Numbered from the stretch's first letter, positions 25,427 to 37,423 are shown. The stretch is 64,000 nucleotides of DNA from Raja brachyura (GCA_963514005.1 OY740785.1:34100001-34164000); one strand, 5' to 3'. Notes: generated from the letters alone by a model not told the origin. A program made the numbers and translations.

Positions 25427-26483
25427 TCTATATTACTTAAAGTCTGATCTTGACCACTTCCTGTTTTGTCTATTGATTTTAGAAAAAACACTGCCACTTA
25501 CAACTGTGATTTTTGGCCATCTTACTCGGAATCCCCCTCCGCTGTGCAGGACAAGAGGATTTTTCCCATCGATGAAAAGTCAGAGTTATTGGTGTTTAAA
25601 AAATGTTGAGATTCTCTCTCCTGAAGGCCACGCCCCTTCCGGAGGGACTATAAAACCCAGAAGTGTTGAGTGCCTCAGTCAGTCTCTGCAAGATGGGGGA
25701 GCGAGAGGGTCACATCTCTGTCTGAGCTGTGAATCAACTGAATACACTGAATGTCTACTGAACTGTGAGTGTGGTGTTTGTGGTTTTATGGTGGTTTCAC
25801 CCTGCTTGAAATGGGATGAAACTGCATTTGAATGTGCTGGCGTTGCACCCTGCATGAAATGGTATGAAACTGCATTTGAAATTGGTGGCCTTGCACCTTG
25901 CATGAAATGGTATGAAACTGCATTTGAATTTGGTTGCCTTGCACCCTGCTTGAAGTGGTAGGAAACTGCACTTGAATTTGGTGGCCTTGCACCCTGCTTG
26001 ATGTGGTCGGAAACTGCACTTGAATTTGGTGTCCTTGCACCCTGCTTGAAGTGGTAGGAAACTACACTTGAATTTGGTGGCTTTGCACCCTGCTTGAAGT
26101 GGTAAGAAACTGCACTTGAATTTGGTGGCCTTGCACCCTGCTTGAAATGGTTGGAAACTGCATTTGAATTTGGTGGCCTTGCACCTTGCTTGAAATGGAA
26201 TTTCAAGGAGTAGCCGTGAGGCAGCTGCCATCACATCAGGCCTGAGTGACTGAGCTGCCACCGCAAGAGTCCATTTGGCCTGCAATGTCCATACCAGCCC
26301 TCTGGAAACCAGCCCCTTCAGCCCACAATACCCATACTAGCGCTTCAGAAAGCCCCCCCCCCCCCCCCCACCACTGGCCACCAATATTGGAATTGGTGGA
26401 GAGGTGGAGTATTGCGTTGGGGGACCAGCCCTCCCATGTGAGCATGGGACCCAACGGGACCCAACGGGTCCCACTTAGTCTGG
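25427..26483 (+). mobile_element. Non-autonomous Helitron with internal minisatellite
   Basis: 5' end TCTATATTACT follows an A. 3' hairpin gggaccc-aac-gggtccc, then acttagt-CTGG (CTRR) followed by T. No TSD. Confidence 0.78.
25798..26198. repeat. 48-bp minisatellite, about 8.3 copies
   Basis: Unit ccctgcttgaa(a/g)tggtaggaaactgca(c/t)ttgaatttggtggccttgca; gives 16-aa periodic spurious ORFs. Confidence 0.92.
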
Positions 26484-26802
26484 TACACCCTAAAGATATC
26501 TGTTGAAGTAAGAGGAATTAAAAGTAGTTGAAGATCACTGCTATTTCTCATTTCTGAGAAAAGAACTACTGGAAGTGCCATTACTCAAGGACTGTGCATA
26601 GATCATTTATTGCAAAATTAAATATTTTCAGTCACTTACACTTTTGAATTTCAACGGTATGATTAATGCACTTACAATAGTTGTATTAATAAAATACATT
26701 CTGGTACAAATATCACTGAGCTTCACAGGAGAATTGTCAAATGCAGTAAAACATTCTCAGAGGCTCCATTAAAACATTATTTAACGCTGAGCTAACTATG
26801 TA

Positions 26803-27115
26803 GGGCGGCATGGTGGCGCAGTGATAGAGTTGCTGCCTTACAGCACCGGAGACCCGGGTTCAATCCAAACTACGAGTTCTTGTCTGTGTGGAGATTGTAT
26901 GCTCTCCCCGTGACCTGACTATGGGTGCTGTGTGCTTTTCCCGGGTGCTCTGGTTTCCTCCCATGTTCCAAAGACATACAGGTTTGTAGGTCAACTCGAT
27001 TCTGCAAATCATAAATTTTCCCTAATGTGTAGGAGAGTGCTAGTGTACGGGGTGATCGCTGGTCGGTGCGGACTCGGGGCAGAAGGGCTTGATTCTGCGC
27101 TGTATCTCTAAAGTC
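26803..27115 (+). mobile_element. HE1-type SINE
   Basis: gggcggcatggtggcgcagtgatagag...gggttcaatcc, V-domain, tail. Confidence 0.85.
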
Positions 27116-27543
27116 AAAATGTGATCTCCCATGCTCTTATGACTTAAACCTGAATGAGGCACAAATAATAGGAAGCACTGGAAAAAATGGCTTCTACTGT
27201 TTATTCTTAATATGCTCCCATAACCAAACTGTTTAAGCATGTGATTAACCACATGTGACCAGAGTGAAGCCACACAAACTGGAGAAACAACTCTTCATGT
27301 TCTGCTTGGGAACCAAGTGTTATGAACATTGAATTCTCCAGTGTGCAACGTCACGATGGCCGTACGCAGCGTCACGACGGCTTGACATCGGACGCCTGGC
27401 CCACAGCCTCACTCAGCATCACGCCTGCCCACTGTACCCTCCCCACCCGCCTCCCTCTTCCCCCCCCCCCCCCCCCCCCCCCCTCCCTCTCCCCCCACTC
27501 CCTCTCCCCCCACTCAACCTCACGTTCGGGGACCAGACCCAAC

Positions 27544-27746
27544 GCTTCAGGCAACGCTGACGGCACGTGGGCTGCACAGACCTTCCCGTCCTACAAGCGC
27601 TGCGGATGAAAGGCACAGAGAATTATGCCTACCTAAGAGATCGATCTCTTACATAGGCATAATTCTCCCATGCCTTTATTATTTATATTTAGTTATTACT
27701 ATGTTATAATTTTAGTCAGGGTAGGCAGTGCCAACCTTGCCTACCC
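27544..27746. repeat. Left arm of a 203-bp inverted repeat (partner 29139-29341)
   Basis: Reverse-complement match with one mismatch seen; runs into the assembly gap. Confidence 0.88.
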
Positions 27747-28012
27747 NNNNNNNNNNNNNNNNNNNNNNNNNNNNNNNNNNNNNNNNNNNNNNNNNNNNNN
27801 NNNNNNNNNNNNNNNNNNNNNNNNNNNNNNNNNNNNNNNNNNNNNNNNNNNNNNNNNNNNNNNNNNNNNNNNNNNNNNNNNNNNNNNNNNNNNNNNNNNN
27901 NNNNNNNNNNNNNNNNNNNNNNNNNNNNNNNNNNNNNNNNNNNNNNNNNNNNNNNNNNNNNNNNNNNNNNNNNNNNNNNNNNNNNNNNNNNNNNNNNNNN
28001 NNNNNNNNNNNN
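27747..28012. other. Assembly gap
   Basis: Run of N. Confidence 1.
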
Positions 28013-28604
28013 CACACGGGTGTATATATATACACATGTATATATGTATATAGTGTTAAAGAAGGAACTGCAGATGCTGGAGAATCGAGGGTTACACAAA
28101 AAGCTGGAGAAACTCAGCGGGTGCAGCAGCATCTAAGGAGTGAAGGAGATAGGCGACGTTTCGGGTCGAGACCCTTCTTCAGACTATATGTATATATGTG
28201 TATATATATATATGTACGTGTGTATATATGTATATGTTTTTGTGTATATATATGCATACATGTGTACGTGCATACATACATGTGTACGTGCATACATACA
28301 TGTGTACGTGCATACATACATGTGTACGTGCATACATACATGTGTACGTGCATACATACATGTGTACGTGCATACATACATGTGTGCGTACATACATGTG
28401 TACATGCATACATGCATGTGTACATGCATATATAGATGCATATATATGTATGTGTATACGCATATATATGTGTATGTATATGTGGGTGTATGTATGTGTG
28501 TGGGTGTATGTATATATGTATGTGGATGTGTATGTGCACATACATATACATGTGTATGTGTATATGTATACATATACATGTATACATGTGTGTGCGCGCG
28601 TGTA
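28013..28604. repeat. Purine-pyrimidine (TA/TG/CA) microsatellite with a 20-bp tandem unit catacatacatgtgtacgtg (about 6 copies, 28255-28385)
   Basis: Directly visible. Confidence 0.92.
28052..28185 (-). mobile_element. Young pLTR fragment with intact hammerhead, inserted in a microsatellite
   Basis: Near-identical reverse complement of 37555-37688. Confidence 0.85.
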
Positions 28605-29115
28605 TTCTCCCGATCGGCAGAGCATTTTGAGAACAGGGCGGCGAAGTTTGGAGCGGGCGGGAGCGTTTCTAGCTGCGTGAGGTGCGGCGCGAGCGTAGTT
28701 GGAGGGGGGCTGGGTTGGAGCGGGCAGGCGAGTCCAGCTGCGGGAGGAACGGCGGGAACGTAGTTGGAGGAGGGGGGAGGAGGCGAGCCGAGCTGCCAAA
28801 TGAAAAGAGAGAAGCGGCTTCAGATGGGGACATCAGCAGCTCATGCGGTCCCGTTTAGATTTTAAAATGAGTGAGTGGGGTGGGGGCGGAATTTTATTTA
28901 AAAATGCGTACATAAAAATGTCTAAATGTAATGAGTGGAGTAAAAGCGAAATCGCTGGTGAAATTGAAAAAATTGCAGAGTTTTCACGTCTGGTTTTGGC
29001 GGACCATGGAATCAAAGGCCAAAAATCTTATCTGAAAAAAAATGGAATGTGACATACACCAACAAACACACACAGCCGACACACACACACAGTTTTAAAA
29101 GTATACTAGACCAAG
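28600..29115 (-). mobile_element. Helitron-like 5' portion on the minus strand, joined to a Helitron-like 3' end
   Basis: Minus strand reads acttggtCTAG-TATACTTTTAAAACTGTG, resembling the ends of the 25427-26483 element (acttagtCTGG; TCTATATTACTTAAAGTCTG). Confidence 0.5.
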
Positions 29116-30384
29116 TCAGGGTAGGCAAGGTACCGTCAGGGTAGGCAAGGTAGGCACTGCCTACCCTGACTAAAATTATAACATAGTAATAACTAAATAT
29201 AAATAATAAAGGCATGGGAGAATTATGCCTATGTAAGAGATCGATCTCTTAGGTAGGCATAATTCTCTGTGCCTTTCATCCGCAGCGCTTGTAGGACGGG
29301 AAGGTCTGTGCAGCCCACGTGCCGTCAGCGTTGCCTGAAGCCGTCAGTTTCAAGCGGGGCTGAGGGCAGCAGAAATTCTGCCTTTGCAGCACTGCGCATG
29401 CGCAGCGCAGGTTTCGTGGCGGGGTTTTCAAATATGGATTGTCAATATTTTAAGTGTATGTTAGGTAACAAAGAGAGAAGAATGGAGTTTGTGTACCAAT
29501 AATGTGGTAAGTACATTTTGTGTTTATGTTTTTAAATACCGTATTTCCCGGGGTGTGGGGGTGGGGGGGGGAGAGCTCCTTTCACAGCGTTTGGCGAGTC
29601 TGGCACGGGGTAAAGTTGCAGGAAGGGCACGAATGTTATGAATGAGGGGATTGGGATAATGCCACTTGCGACGCTCCTTGCACGGAGGCATGTAATGACA
29701 AGGCATTGAGGCCGGGGGGGGGGAGGAGGAGAGAGAGAAGTAGCCCGGGTGGCTGAGCGGCCGCCAGCTTAGCTCCTTCTGCCGGTCCCCGCTCACCTCT
29801 GGCAGCTCTCTGTCTAAAAACCTCTCTCCTGTCGCTCGCTTGCCTCGCTCATGTCCTTAAATTCCGACAGCGCGATTGAGGTTACTCGGCTGTGGGAATT
29901 TAAGGATTTTCAGGAAGCCGCTGACTTGAGTGAAGTCGGCGAATGGCAGGTAACAGGTGTTCCGACGGAGAGCACTGCCAAAGGTGAGCGGGCCGGCAGA
30001 AGGCGCTGAAGTAGCGGCCAGTTCTGCTGTCGGGTCCCAGTGGCCGCTGGCAGCTCCCCGAACTGCTTCTATTCCCAGCTACAGTGCATGGCTTCGCGCC
30101 CGGAGAGCTGCGATAGCGGTGAGTGAGTTACTAGCAATATCCCTAACACCCTCCTTCTCAACACTCGTGCCCTCCCCACAACTTTACCCCTGGCACAGAC
30201 TCTCCACACGCTGTGAAAGGAACTGTTCCCCCAATTTGTCTAGGACTAGGAAGCCTAGGAAGGGCAAATTGAAATGTCACTTTTTAAATTTATTTATTTA
30301 TTTAGCGGAGATAACAATCTGCGCATGTGCGGTTCAATTTTTTTTCAAAGCGGACTGAGTGCCTACCCTGAGTAATTACTCACG
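29116..30384. mobile_element. CpG-rich non-autonomous DNA transposon-like element (hAT-like subterminal hairpin or Helitron body; class uncertain)
   Basis: Left hairpin gtcagggtaggca...tgcctaccctgac; right end tgcctaccctgag next to the gap; 50-bp internal palindrome. Confidence 0.5.
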
Positions 30385-30582
30385 NNNNNNNNNNNNNNNN
30401 NNNNNNNNNNNNNNNNNNNNNNNNNNNNNNNNNNNNNNNNNNNNNNNNNNNNNNNNNNNNNNNNNNNNNNNNNNNNNNNNNNNNNNNNNNNNNNNNNNNN
30501 NNNNNNNNNNNNNNNNNNNNNNNNNNNNNNNNNNNNNNNNNNNNNNNNNNNNNNNNNNNNNNNNNNNNNNNNNNNNNNNNNN
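30385..30582. other. Assembly gap
   Basis: Run of N. Confidence 1.
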
Positions 30583-30950
30583 GTACATACACAAGTATGT
30601 ACATACATACGTGTGTACGCGCGTATATATATGTGTATAAATATGTGTATAAATATGTATATGTGTATGTATATATGCGTGTGTATGTGTACACACGCAT
30701 GTAGATACACACGCGTGTCTATACGCGTGTCTATATATGTATGTGTATATGTACGCACATATGTGTGTCCGTGTGTGTATATGTGTGTACACACGCGTAT
30801 ACACACATGTGTATACACACGGGTGTATATACACACACGTGTATATACACACGTGTATATATGTATGCACGTATGTGTACGCGCGTGTATATACACGCAT
30901 GTGTATATGTATGTGTGTACACACGCGCGCACGTGTACACACACACACTC
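30583..30950. repeat. Alternating purine-pyrimidine microsatellite
   Basis: Directly visible (TA/TG/CA/CG)n. Confidence 0.92.
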
Positions 30951-30954
30951 TATA

Positions 30955-31150
30955 CTAATCCCTGCAGTGCACTAATTCTTACAGGCTTCCAGTTAGTAAA
31001 ACACCCAGCCACCATTACCCTCTGCCTCTTATCATAAAACCAATTTTGGATCCATTTTGCCAACACACTTTGGATCTCTTGCACCTCAATCTTCTGATCC
31101 AACATATGCAGAACCGTGTCAAAAGCCTTACTGAAGTTTGTATAACACAG
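30955..31150 (-). mobile_element. Old CR1 RT fragment
   Basis: FSKAFDTV.H...WIQNW...RQRV.V.G.F..WKPV. Confidence 0.7.
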
Positions 31151-31519
31151 TGTTACCTTCATCAATTTTCTTCGCATCCAAAAATCTGGGAAATAATCTC
31201 CCCTGCAAAATGTGACTTATTCCTCATGATTCTCAAATCCCTGCATTCCCAAGTAAACCTTATACTGGAATGCTGGAGCCCTGATAGTATATCAAATAAG
31301 TAGCTGGACCAAAATCTCCAAATGCCTGCTGTGTACACTGTATCAGAATAAAGAAGTTAATCAAATTAGAAGAGCATTTTACAGAAGCTCAATTTTCTGA
31401 ATAACAAAAACCTACAGTCGATGATTCGGTAATCAGTTACAACTTTAAGTTGAAATGCCAAATCACACAAAAGTAACATAGAAAATGTTGAAAATATTCA
31501 GCAACTCGGGCACCATCAG

Positions 31520-32319
31520 TTTACTTTAGGTTGGAGATGTATCACGGAAACAGGCCCTTTGGCCCACCAAGTCTGCACCGACCATGATCTGTGTACTGTA
31601 ACACTGTGCTACACATCAGGGACAATTAGCAATTTTTACCAAAGCCACTTAATCCTACAAACCTATACGTCTGGAGTGTATGAGGAAACCCACGCAGTCA
31701 AAGGGAGAACCTATAAACTCCATACAGACAGTACCGGTAGTCAAGATCGAATCCGGGTCACTGGCGCTGTAAAGGGCCTGTCCTACCAGCATCCGACTCC
31801 ATGCGATGAGCGTGATCAAACTAGAAGCGGGGGCCGCGCGGAGGTTGGGTGATTCCCTGTACAGGGCCGTTCCCACCAGCATGCGCCTGCATGCGGCAAG
31901 CGCGACCAAACCGGCAGTGAGGGCCGCGCGGAGGTCGGGTTAGTGGCGCAATGCAGCGCAAAGTGAGGCGAAGTCTTAAGGTAAGCTCGCCAGGACAGAG
32001 AGGGGCACAGAGGGCCACGGAGCCACACACATAGAGGGTCACGGAGGCACGACGTGGAGACGGTGTGTAATGCGTCGAGGCGACTGCGAGCCGACAAGCC
32101 GTTGCCGTGCGGAATTTTTGAACATAGTTTTTCGGAGCCCCGCGCGATGTCGGGACGAACTCCGCACAATTCCGCACGGCTCCGGCGATCGAAGTGGGAC
32201 CGGCCCCGCGAAGCCGGACGGCTCAAGCGACCACGTTAGGTCGCGCTCATCGCATAGAGTTGCATGCTGGTGGGACAGGCCCTTAAGGCAATAACTCTAC
32301 CGCTGCTATACCGTGCCGC
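31520..32319 (-). mobile_element. HE1-type SINE split by a MITE
   Basis: SINE body 31520-31772 and head 32284-32319. Confidence 0.78.
31773..32283. mobile_element. PIF/Harbinger-like MITE inserted in a SINE
   Basis: TIRs of about 40 bp (agggcctgtcctaccagcat... / ...atgctggtgggacaggccct); TSD TAA. It splits the SINE motif gcgctg-taa-ggca. Confidence 0.85.
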
Positions 32320-32434
32320 TTTAAATCAGTGGAGATTTAAAAGTCAGACCATTAACCTAAAATGTAGACTTCCCTTCAAAGATGTGGCTTAAATTTGTAC
32401 GTATTTATAAAACTTTTATTAATCAAGTTTATAA

Positions 32435-33150
32435 TTACAATTGTGGGCTGCATCAGTGAGGGGATGAAAGCTGAATACAGAGGGGTAGTCAACAACTTTG
32501 TTGAATGGTGTGCGCTGAAATGGGAGTTAGTGGTGAACTTTAGTAGGAGAGGAACACCCCTGTCCCCATCAAGGGTGTGGATGTGCAGTTTACCTGGACG
32601 GTAAACTGGACTGGTCCAGGAACGCTAAGTCACTGTATAAGAAGGGACAGAGCCGTCTCTACTTTCTGAGGAGGCTCTGCTCTTTCAATATCTGCAGTAA
32701 GATGCTGCAGATGTTCTACCAATCAGTGGCACAGTGCCATCTTCTACGCTGTCGTGTGCTGGGGTAGTAGGACGAAGGCTGCGGACGCTAACAGAATCAA
32801 CAAGCTCATCAGGAAGGCCGACTCCATCCTGGGAGTGGAGTTAGATTCATTGGAGGTGGTCTTGGAGTCGAGGATTTTCCTCAAACTGTGGAGCATCTTG
32901 GTCAATACAGCTCACCCCTTCCTTGACACATGGTGAACCTGAGGAGCACCTTCAGGATCTGACTGGTTCCACCAAGATGTAGCACAGAACACCATAGGAG
33001 ATCCCTTTTCCCTGTAGCTCTCAAACTGTACAACTCCTCCCACTTCTGTCATGGGATAGACCGACTTTCCCCTCCCTCCTCACCCCAATCTTTGCACATC
33101 CCCAAGCCTGGATTTTCCATTCGTCACTTTAATTTCTTATTTCATTATCC
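32435..33150 (+). mobile_element. Rex1/Babar-like LINE 3' fragment
   Basis: Frameshifted RT C-terminus: EYRGVV.NFVEWC, KLDW..N...LYKKGQSRLYFLRRL.SFNIC.KMLQMFYQSV, RINKLIRKA. Confidence 0.72.
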
Positions 33151-33499
33151 CGTTATTCCAACCCATGCCACGGGGCAAGCATTTTTAAATAGCTGCTGTA
33201 AAATGTTTTTATGTATTATTAAAACAATTTTTATTTTCTAATTTAGGTACATCTTGTTTTAGTACATCTAAAATATTTTTAGTTGATCATCACAAAATTA
33301 TTCCGTTGACAACTGAACCACAAAGAGCAGGAAGTTGTGTGTCTTTGCAACTCAGCGCTTGTGTAGTTTGCAAACCTCAGTTGGAAGTTCACAACGTTGA
33401 ATCATATCCATTGTTCCTAATTTCACACTATTTCAAACTGCTTCTCGTTTTAAAGTTTTGATTTTGTTTGTATTATTTTTTAAACGTGCATTCTGTCAC

Positions 33500-34435
33500 A
33501 CAAACATAGAAATTTGAAGAAGTTCACCCAGTCTCTTGATCCTGCAATTAAACAAAATTATGACTAAGTAATTGTAACCTTAACTCTGTACCCCTAGTCT
33601 ACTCATGATAAATTTCATCTCTTGATATTAAGAATCTACCTAATTGCCACAACAGAAAATTCAAAGACCTGGGCGTCTCTTCCTCCAAAGACCATAAGAC
33701 GTAGGTGCAGAATAAGGCCTTTCTGCCCATCAAGTCTGCTCTGCTATTCAATTATGATTTATCTATGTTTCTCTTTCAACCCCATTCTCCTGCCTTCTCC
33801 TTGTAACCTTCGACACCTTTACTAATCAAGAACCTCTGCTTTAAATATACCCGATAACGGCCTCCACAGCATTTGTGACAATGAATTCCAGATTCACCAT
33901 CCTTTGGCTAAATAAATGTTTCCTCATCTCCATTCTAAAAGAATGGTGAATGCAAAAAGCTTTCAACCCTTTGGGAGGAGGGAAAAAAAATCACAGGCAT
34001 CTACCACAGATAGATGATCAATTATTTTTATCAGGGACTTCCCAATTCTAAACTCTCCCACACGAAGGACCACCTTGTTAACACACCTCAGATGCACCAT
34101 GTTTCCATCAAGTCACCTCCACTCTTCTAAACTCAAGTGGATACAAGTCCAGCATGCCTAAACTTTCCTGTTCCTGATATCAGCCTAGTAAACCTCTGAA
34201 CATCTTCCAACATATTTATCTCATTATGTAAATAAGGAAACCAATATGATAGGTAGTATTCCAGGGTGGTCTCACTAATGCCACAATAAACAGAAGCATG
34301 AGCTCCCTACTTTTGAATACAATCCCCCCCCACAATAAACAATTAAAAATCGTGATAGCTTTCTTAGTTGCTTGCTGTACCCACTTATCAACCAGTATTT
34401 TGCAAACCATGCACTAAGACACTCAGATCCTTTCA
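33500..34435 (-). mobile_element. Cluster of old CR1 fragments
   Basis: CR1 tails and a degenerate WVQQA.KKA...KSRE.ML....ALVRP segment. Confidence 0.55.
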
Positions 34436-34451
34436 AATCATTGCCATCGCT

Positions 34452-34568
34452 TAGACACAAAATGCTGGAGTAACTTAGCGGGACAGGCAGCATCTCTGGT
34501 GAGAGAAAGAATGGGTGATGTTTCGGGTTAAGACCCTTCTTCTGGTGACGTTTCAGGTTGAGACCCTG
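34452..34568 (-). mobile_element. pLTR-derived short repeat with tandemly duplicated hammerhead segment
   Basis: ggtgatgtttcgggttaagaccc followed by ggtgacgtttcaggttgagaccc. Confidence 0.6.
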
Positions 34569-34777
34569 CACGTCGAGAAATTGCAGTCTCTTGCCGTTTA
34601 GATTATGTCTTTTTACAATTTCTTATCCAGAATTGGGTAGATGCATACTCTTGCCCAGAGTAGGGGAATTGAGGACCAGAGGACATAGGTTCAATTTAAC
34701 AAGCTGCCAGATGAGGTAGTTGAGGCTGGGACTACCCCAACATTTAAGAAACAGTTAGATGGGGGCATGGATAATGG

Positions 34778-34909
34778 GTAAGAAGGAACTGCAGATGCTG
34801 GTTTTATCTGAAGATAGACACAAAATGCTTGAGTAACTCAGCAGGACAGGCAGCATTTCTGGAGGGAAGGAATGGGTGATGTTTCGGGTCGAGACCTTTC
34901 TTCAGACTG
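34778..34909 (-). mobile_element. pLTR-derived short repeat inserted in a CR1 3' fragment
   Basis: gaaggaactgcagatgctgg...gtttcgggtcgagacctttcttcagact. Confidence 0.7.
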
Positions 34910-35854
34910 GTACATCGATAGGACAGGTTTAGAGCGATATGGACCAAGCTCAGGCAGGTGGGACTAGTGTGGCTGGGCAGGTTGGGCCTGTTTCCACACT
35001 GTATCACTGACTCTAATGAGGAATTTGCCATCCTTTGCCTGCCTATCTAACCTACCTATTGATTTGTAGCTTCATTTTTGTCCTCTTGGCAACTTGCTTT
35101 CCTACCTTGTGTCATCAGCACATTTAGCAACTAATCCTTCAGTCAGATAGTGAGCACGGTCAAACAGCCAGGCAACACAAAAGCAGGTCCTTCAGCCCAT
35201 TTTGCCCAAGTTGGGATACTGGGCTAGTCTTATTTTCCTGCATTTGGCTGATAGCCCTCCGAATCCTTCTTATTCATACATCTGTCCAAAAGTCTTTTAA
35301 AAGCCATAATTGTATCCATTTCTATAATTTCCGCTGGCAGCTCGATATTGAAATGGTTGCTATTGCCATTTTTGATGACACCTTTAAAAACATTTCCATT
35401 TCCCATGCACTGAAGTGAACCTGGTTCCTCGCACCTTTAACCTAACTCTGAATTAGAGGAGCCAATGAGTGGGGACTTTGATATGTAATCTGAACTATTC
35501 CAGTGTTGGCTTCCCGTCTATGAAGCTCTGCTCAAGTTGGCTGTGATCGAGGAAATGATAAAGCATATCACTGCCTTATTGGAAAATGCCAAGAATGCCA
35601 GTGGTTTGCCCAACATCCTCCCTCAATCAAAAATAAATCATCCTAGTATCCATTTAATTCTGGGTTTTAATTAAGGAATTTCACCAATTTTTGCAGAATT
35701 GGTGAAATTGGTCAGTATTGTTGTAATTAAATTAATATCTCTGTGAACCCAATGGAGAATGGAAATTCTGTTGAATGCACTAAACATCTCTGGTGCTTTC
35801 CTACAGAATTAATTCAGGGGGATTTCGACTTTTCAAATTTTAAAGTTTAGAAAC

Positions 35855-36436
35855 CATAGGAAAGATTTACGAGGATGTTGCCAAGACCCGAAGGCTTGCA
35901 CTATAAGGAGAGGTTGGGCAGACTAAGACATTACTCATTGGATTGTTGGAGGATGCGAGGGAATCTTATAAAGGTGTATGATGGAACCAGATAGAGTTAT
36001 TTTAATCAGAGATAGGTAATCAAGAACCAGAAGATATAGGTCTAAGGTGAGAGTTGATAGGAATCCGAGGGGCAACTTTTTATTTATTTTTACACACAGA
36101 GGATGGTGGGTATATAGAATGAGCAGCCAGAGACAGCACAGTGGTGCAGCTGTAGAGTTGCTGCCTCACACCGCCAGAAACCTCAGGAGCTGTCTAAACT
36201 GAGTTTGTACGTTCTCCCTGTGACCGTGTGGGTTTTCTCTAGGTGCTCTAGTTTCCTCCCACACTTCAAAGAGGTACAGGTTTGTAGGTTAATTGGCTTT
36301 GGTAAATTTGTAAATTGCCCCTAGTGCGCGTAAGGGTTGATCACTGCTCGGTGTGGACTCAGTGGGCACAAAGGGACTGTTTCCATGCTGTATCTCCAAA
36401 GTCTAAAATCCAAATGAGGTAGTTGGAGGAAACTAT
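35855..36436 (+). mobile_element. Old CR1 3' fragment (split by a SINE and the DIRS; continues at 44771-44930)
   Basis: gaggtagtt...actat|aacaacatttaacagacatttggacaagtacatggatagg is continuous across the DIRS. Confidence 0.7.
36131..36410 (+). mobile_element. HE1-type SINE
   Basis: gcacagtggtgcagctgtagagttgctgcc, V-domain, tail. Confidence 0.8.
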
Positions 36437-36658
36437 AATAGTAAGATTAAACAAGAACTTACCAGTTTGAAGTTTGATCTTTATTTTATGAGGAGTTACT
36501 ATGAGGGATTACGTGAAGAGCCCGTCAGCCCGCATGCGCGTCAATCTTCAAAGCAGCGGTGTGAAGTCACAGACAGCAATAGTTGACCTGAGAATAGTAA
36601 GATTTGAGGAACTAGAACTACCAGCTGAGTTTTATGAGGAGGGGTTGGGAGCGGAGGG

Positions 36659-36770
36659 CACGTAATCCCTCATCGTAACTCCTCATAAAATAAAGATCAA
36701 ACTTCATACTGGTAAGTTCTCGTTTAATCTTACTATTTTACTTCGGAGTCACGCGAGTGACTACGTGAAG
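36659..36770 (-). repeat. DIRS internal complementary region (ICR)
   Basis: 36659-36737 is the reverse complement of the left terminus (about 36437-36515). It is followed directly by tttacttcggagtca(c/t)g(c/t)gagtgactacgtga, the reverse complement of the right terminus ending at 44770. Confidence 0.9.
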
Positions 36771-36929
36771 ATTTTAAAGCTCTGTGACTTCATGCCGTGG
36801 AACGAGTCCATGCGTCACATACTGCATAGTTGACCAAGGAAGAGTGGACAAAAAGAGTGTTCAGTCACGACATAAATGAAACATGTTGACAATTTAATGT
36901 ACATAAAGAAAACAACAATAGTCACCTCT

Positions 36930-37423
36930 CTACCCGAGAGGGACTATAAACCCGAACTTAAAACTGAGTTCGCAAACACACTTGGTCTGGCTAAGGGTTT
37001 GTTTGTTATAGAACGTCTGAAATGTATGTTCTGAGGACCATCCTGCGGCCGACAGAATCTGGTCTAGCGGAACATCCATGCCACTAGCTGCGGACATAGC
37101 TGCAGCCCTGGTGAAATGAGATTTAAACATTTCAGTATCAACCTCAGCATCCGCCAGAACCTGTTTTAACCACCTGGAAATGGTCTGAGCTGAAACCCTC
37201 TTATGCGGTTTCTTGAGGCTAATAAATAATGCTAACTCAGACCCCCTAAGCCCCTTGGTGATATTGATGTATTGCTGCAGGTGAGTGACTACACATAATT
37301 TGGGATCCAAGGGGTAGGCCATGAATTGTAACTTTAAACCCAAAGTACCTGGTTTACTCTGTTTAATAGGGTCGTACACAAAAAAAGGTGATACCACTGC
37401 CAGAAGTGAGCATCCTATCTAGA
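36930..37423 (-). pseudogene. DIRS tyrosine recombinase, C-terminal part
   Basis: ORF 36930-37397 contains LCVV..L..Y, TISRWLK, HFTRAAA (HxxR), AAGWS and FQTFY catalytic-type motifs. Confidence 0.85.

Noticed and set aside
25798-26198. Regular repeats resembling a CRISPR array, and 16-aa repeat ORFs on both strands
   Set aside because: Contiguous tandem units with no unique spacers, no cas genes, vertebrate context; the ORFs arise from a 48-bp unit divisible by 3.
27670-28800. Long Cys/His/Tyr-rich ORFs (also 30359-31037)
   Set aside because: Translations of N runs and alternating purine-pyrimidine microsatellites.
35677-35709. 13-bp AT-rich hairpin (and a similar one at 57462-57498)
   Set aside because: Too short for a pre-miRNA and without supporting context; plausible by chance or local duplication.
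36930-37397. Phage-integrase-like ORF suggesting bacterial contamination or horizontal transfer
   Set aside because: It is the YR of a DIRS retrotransposon, in context with ITRs, ICR, RT and RNase H.
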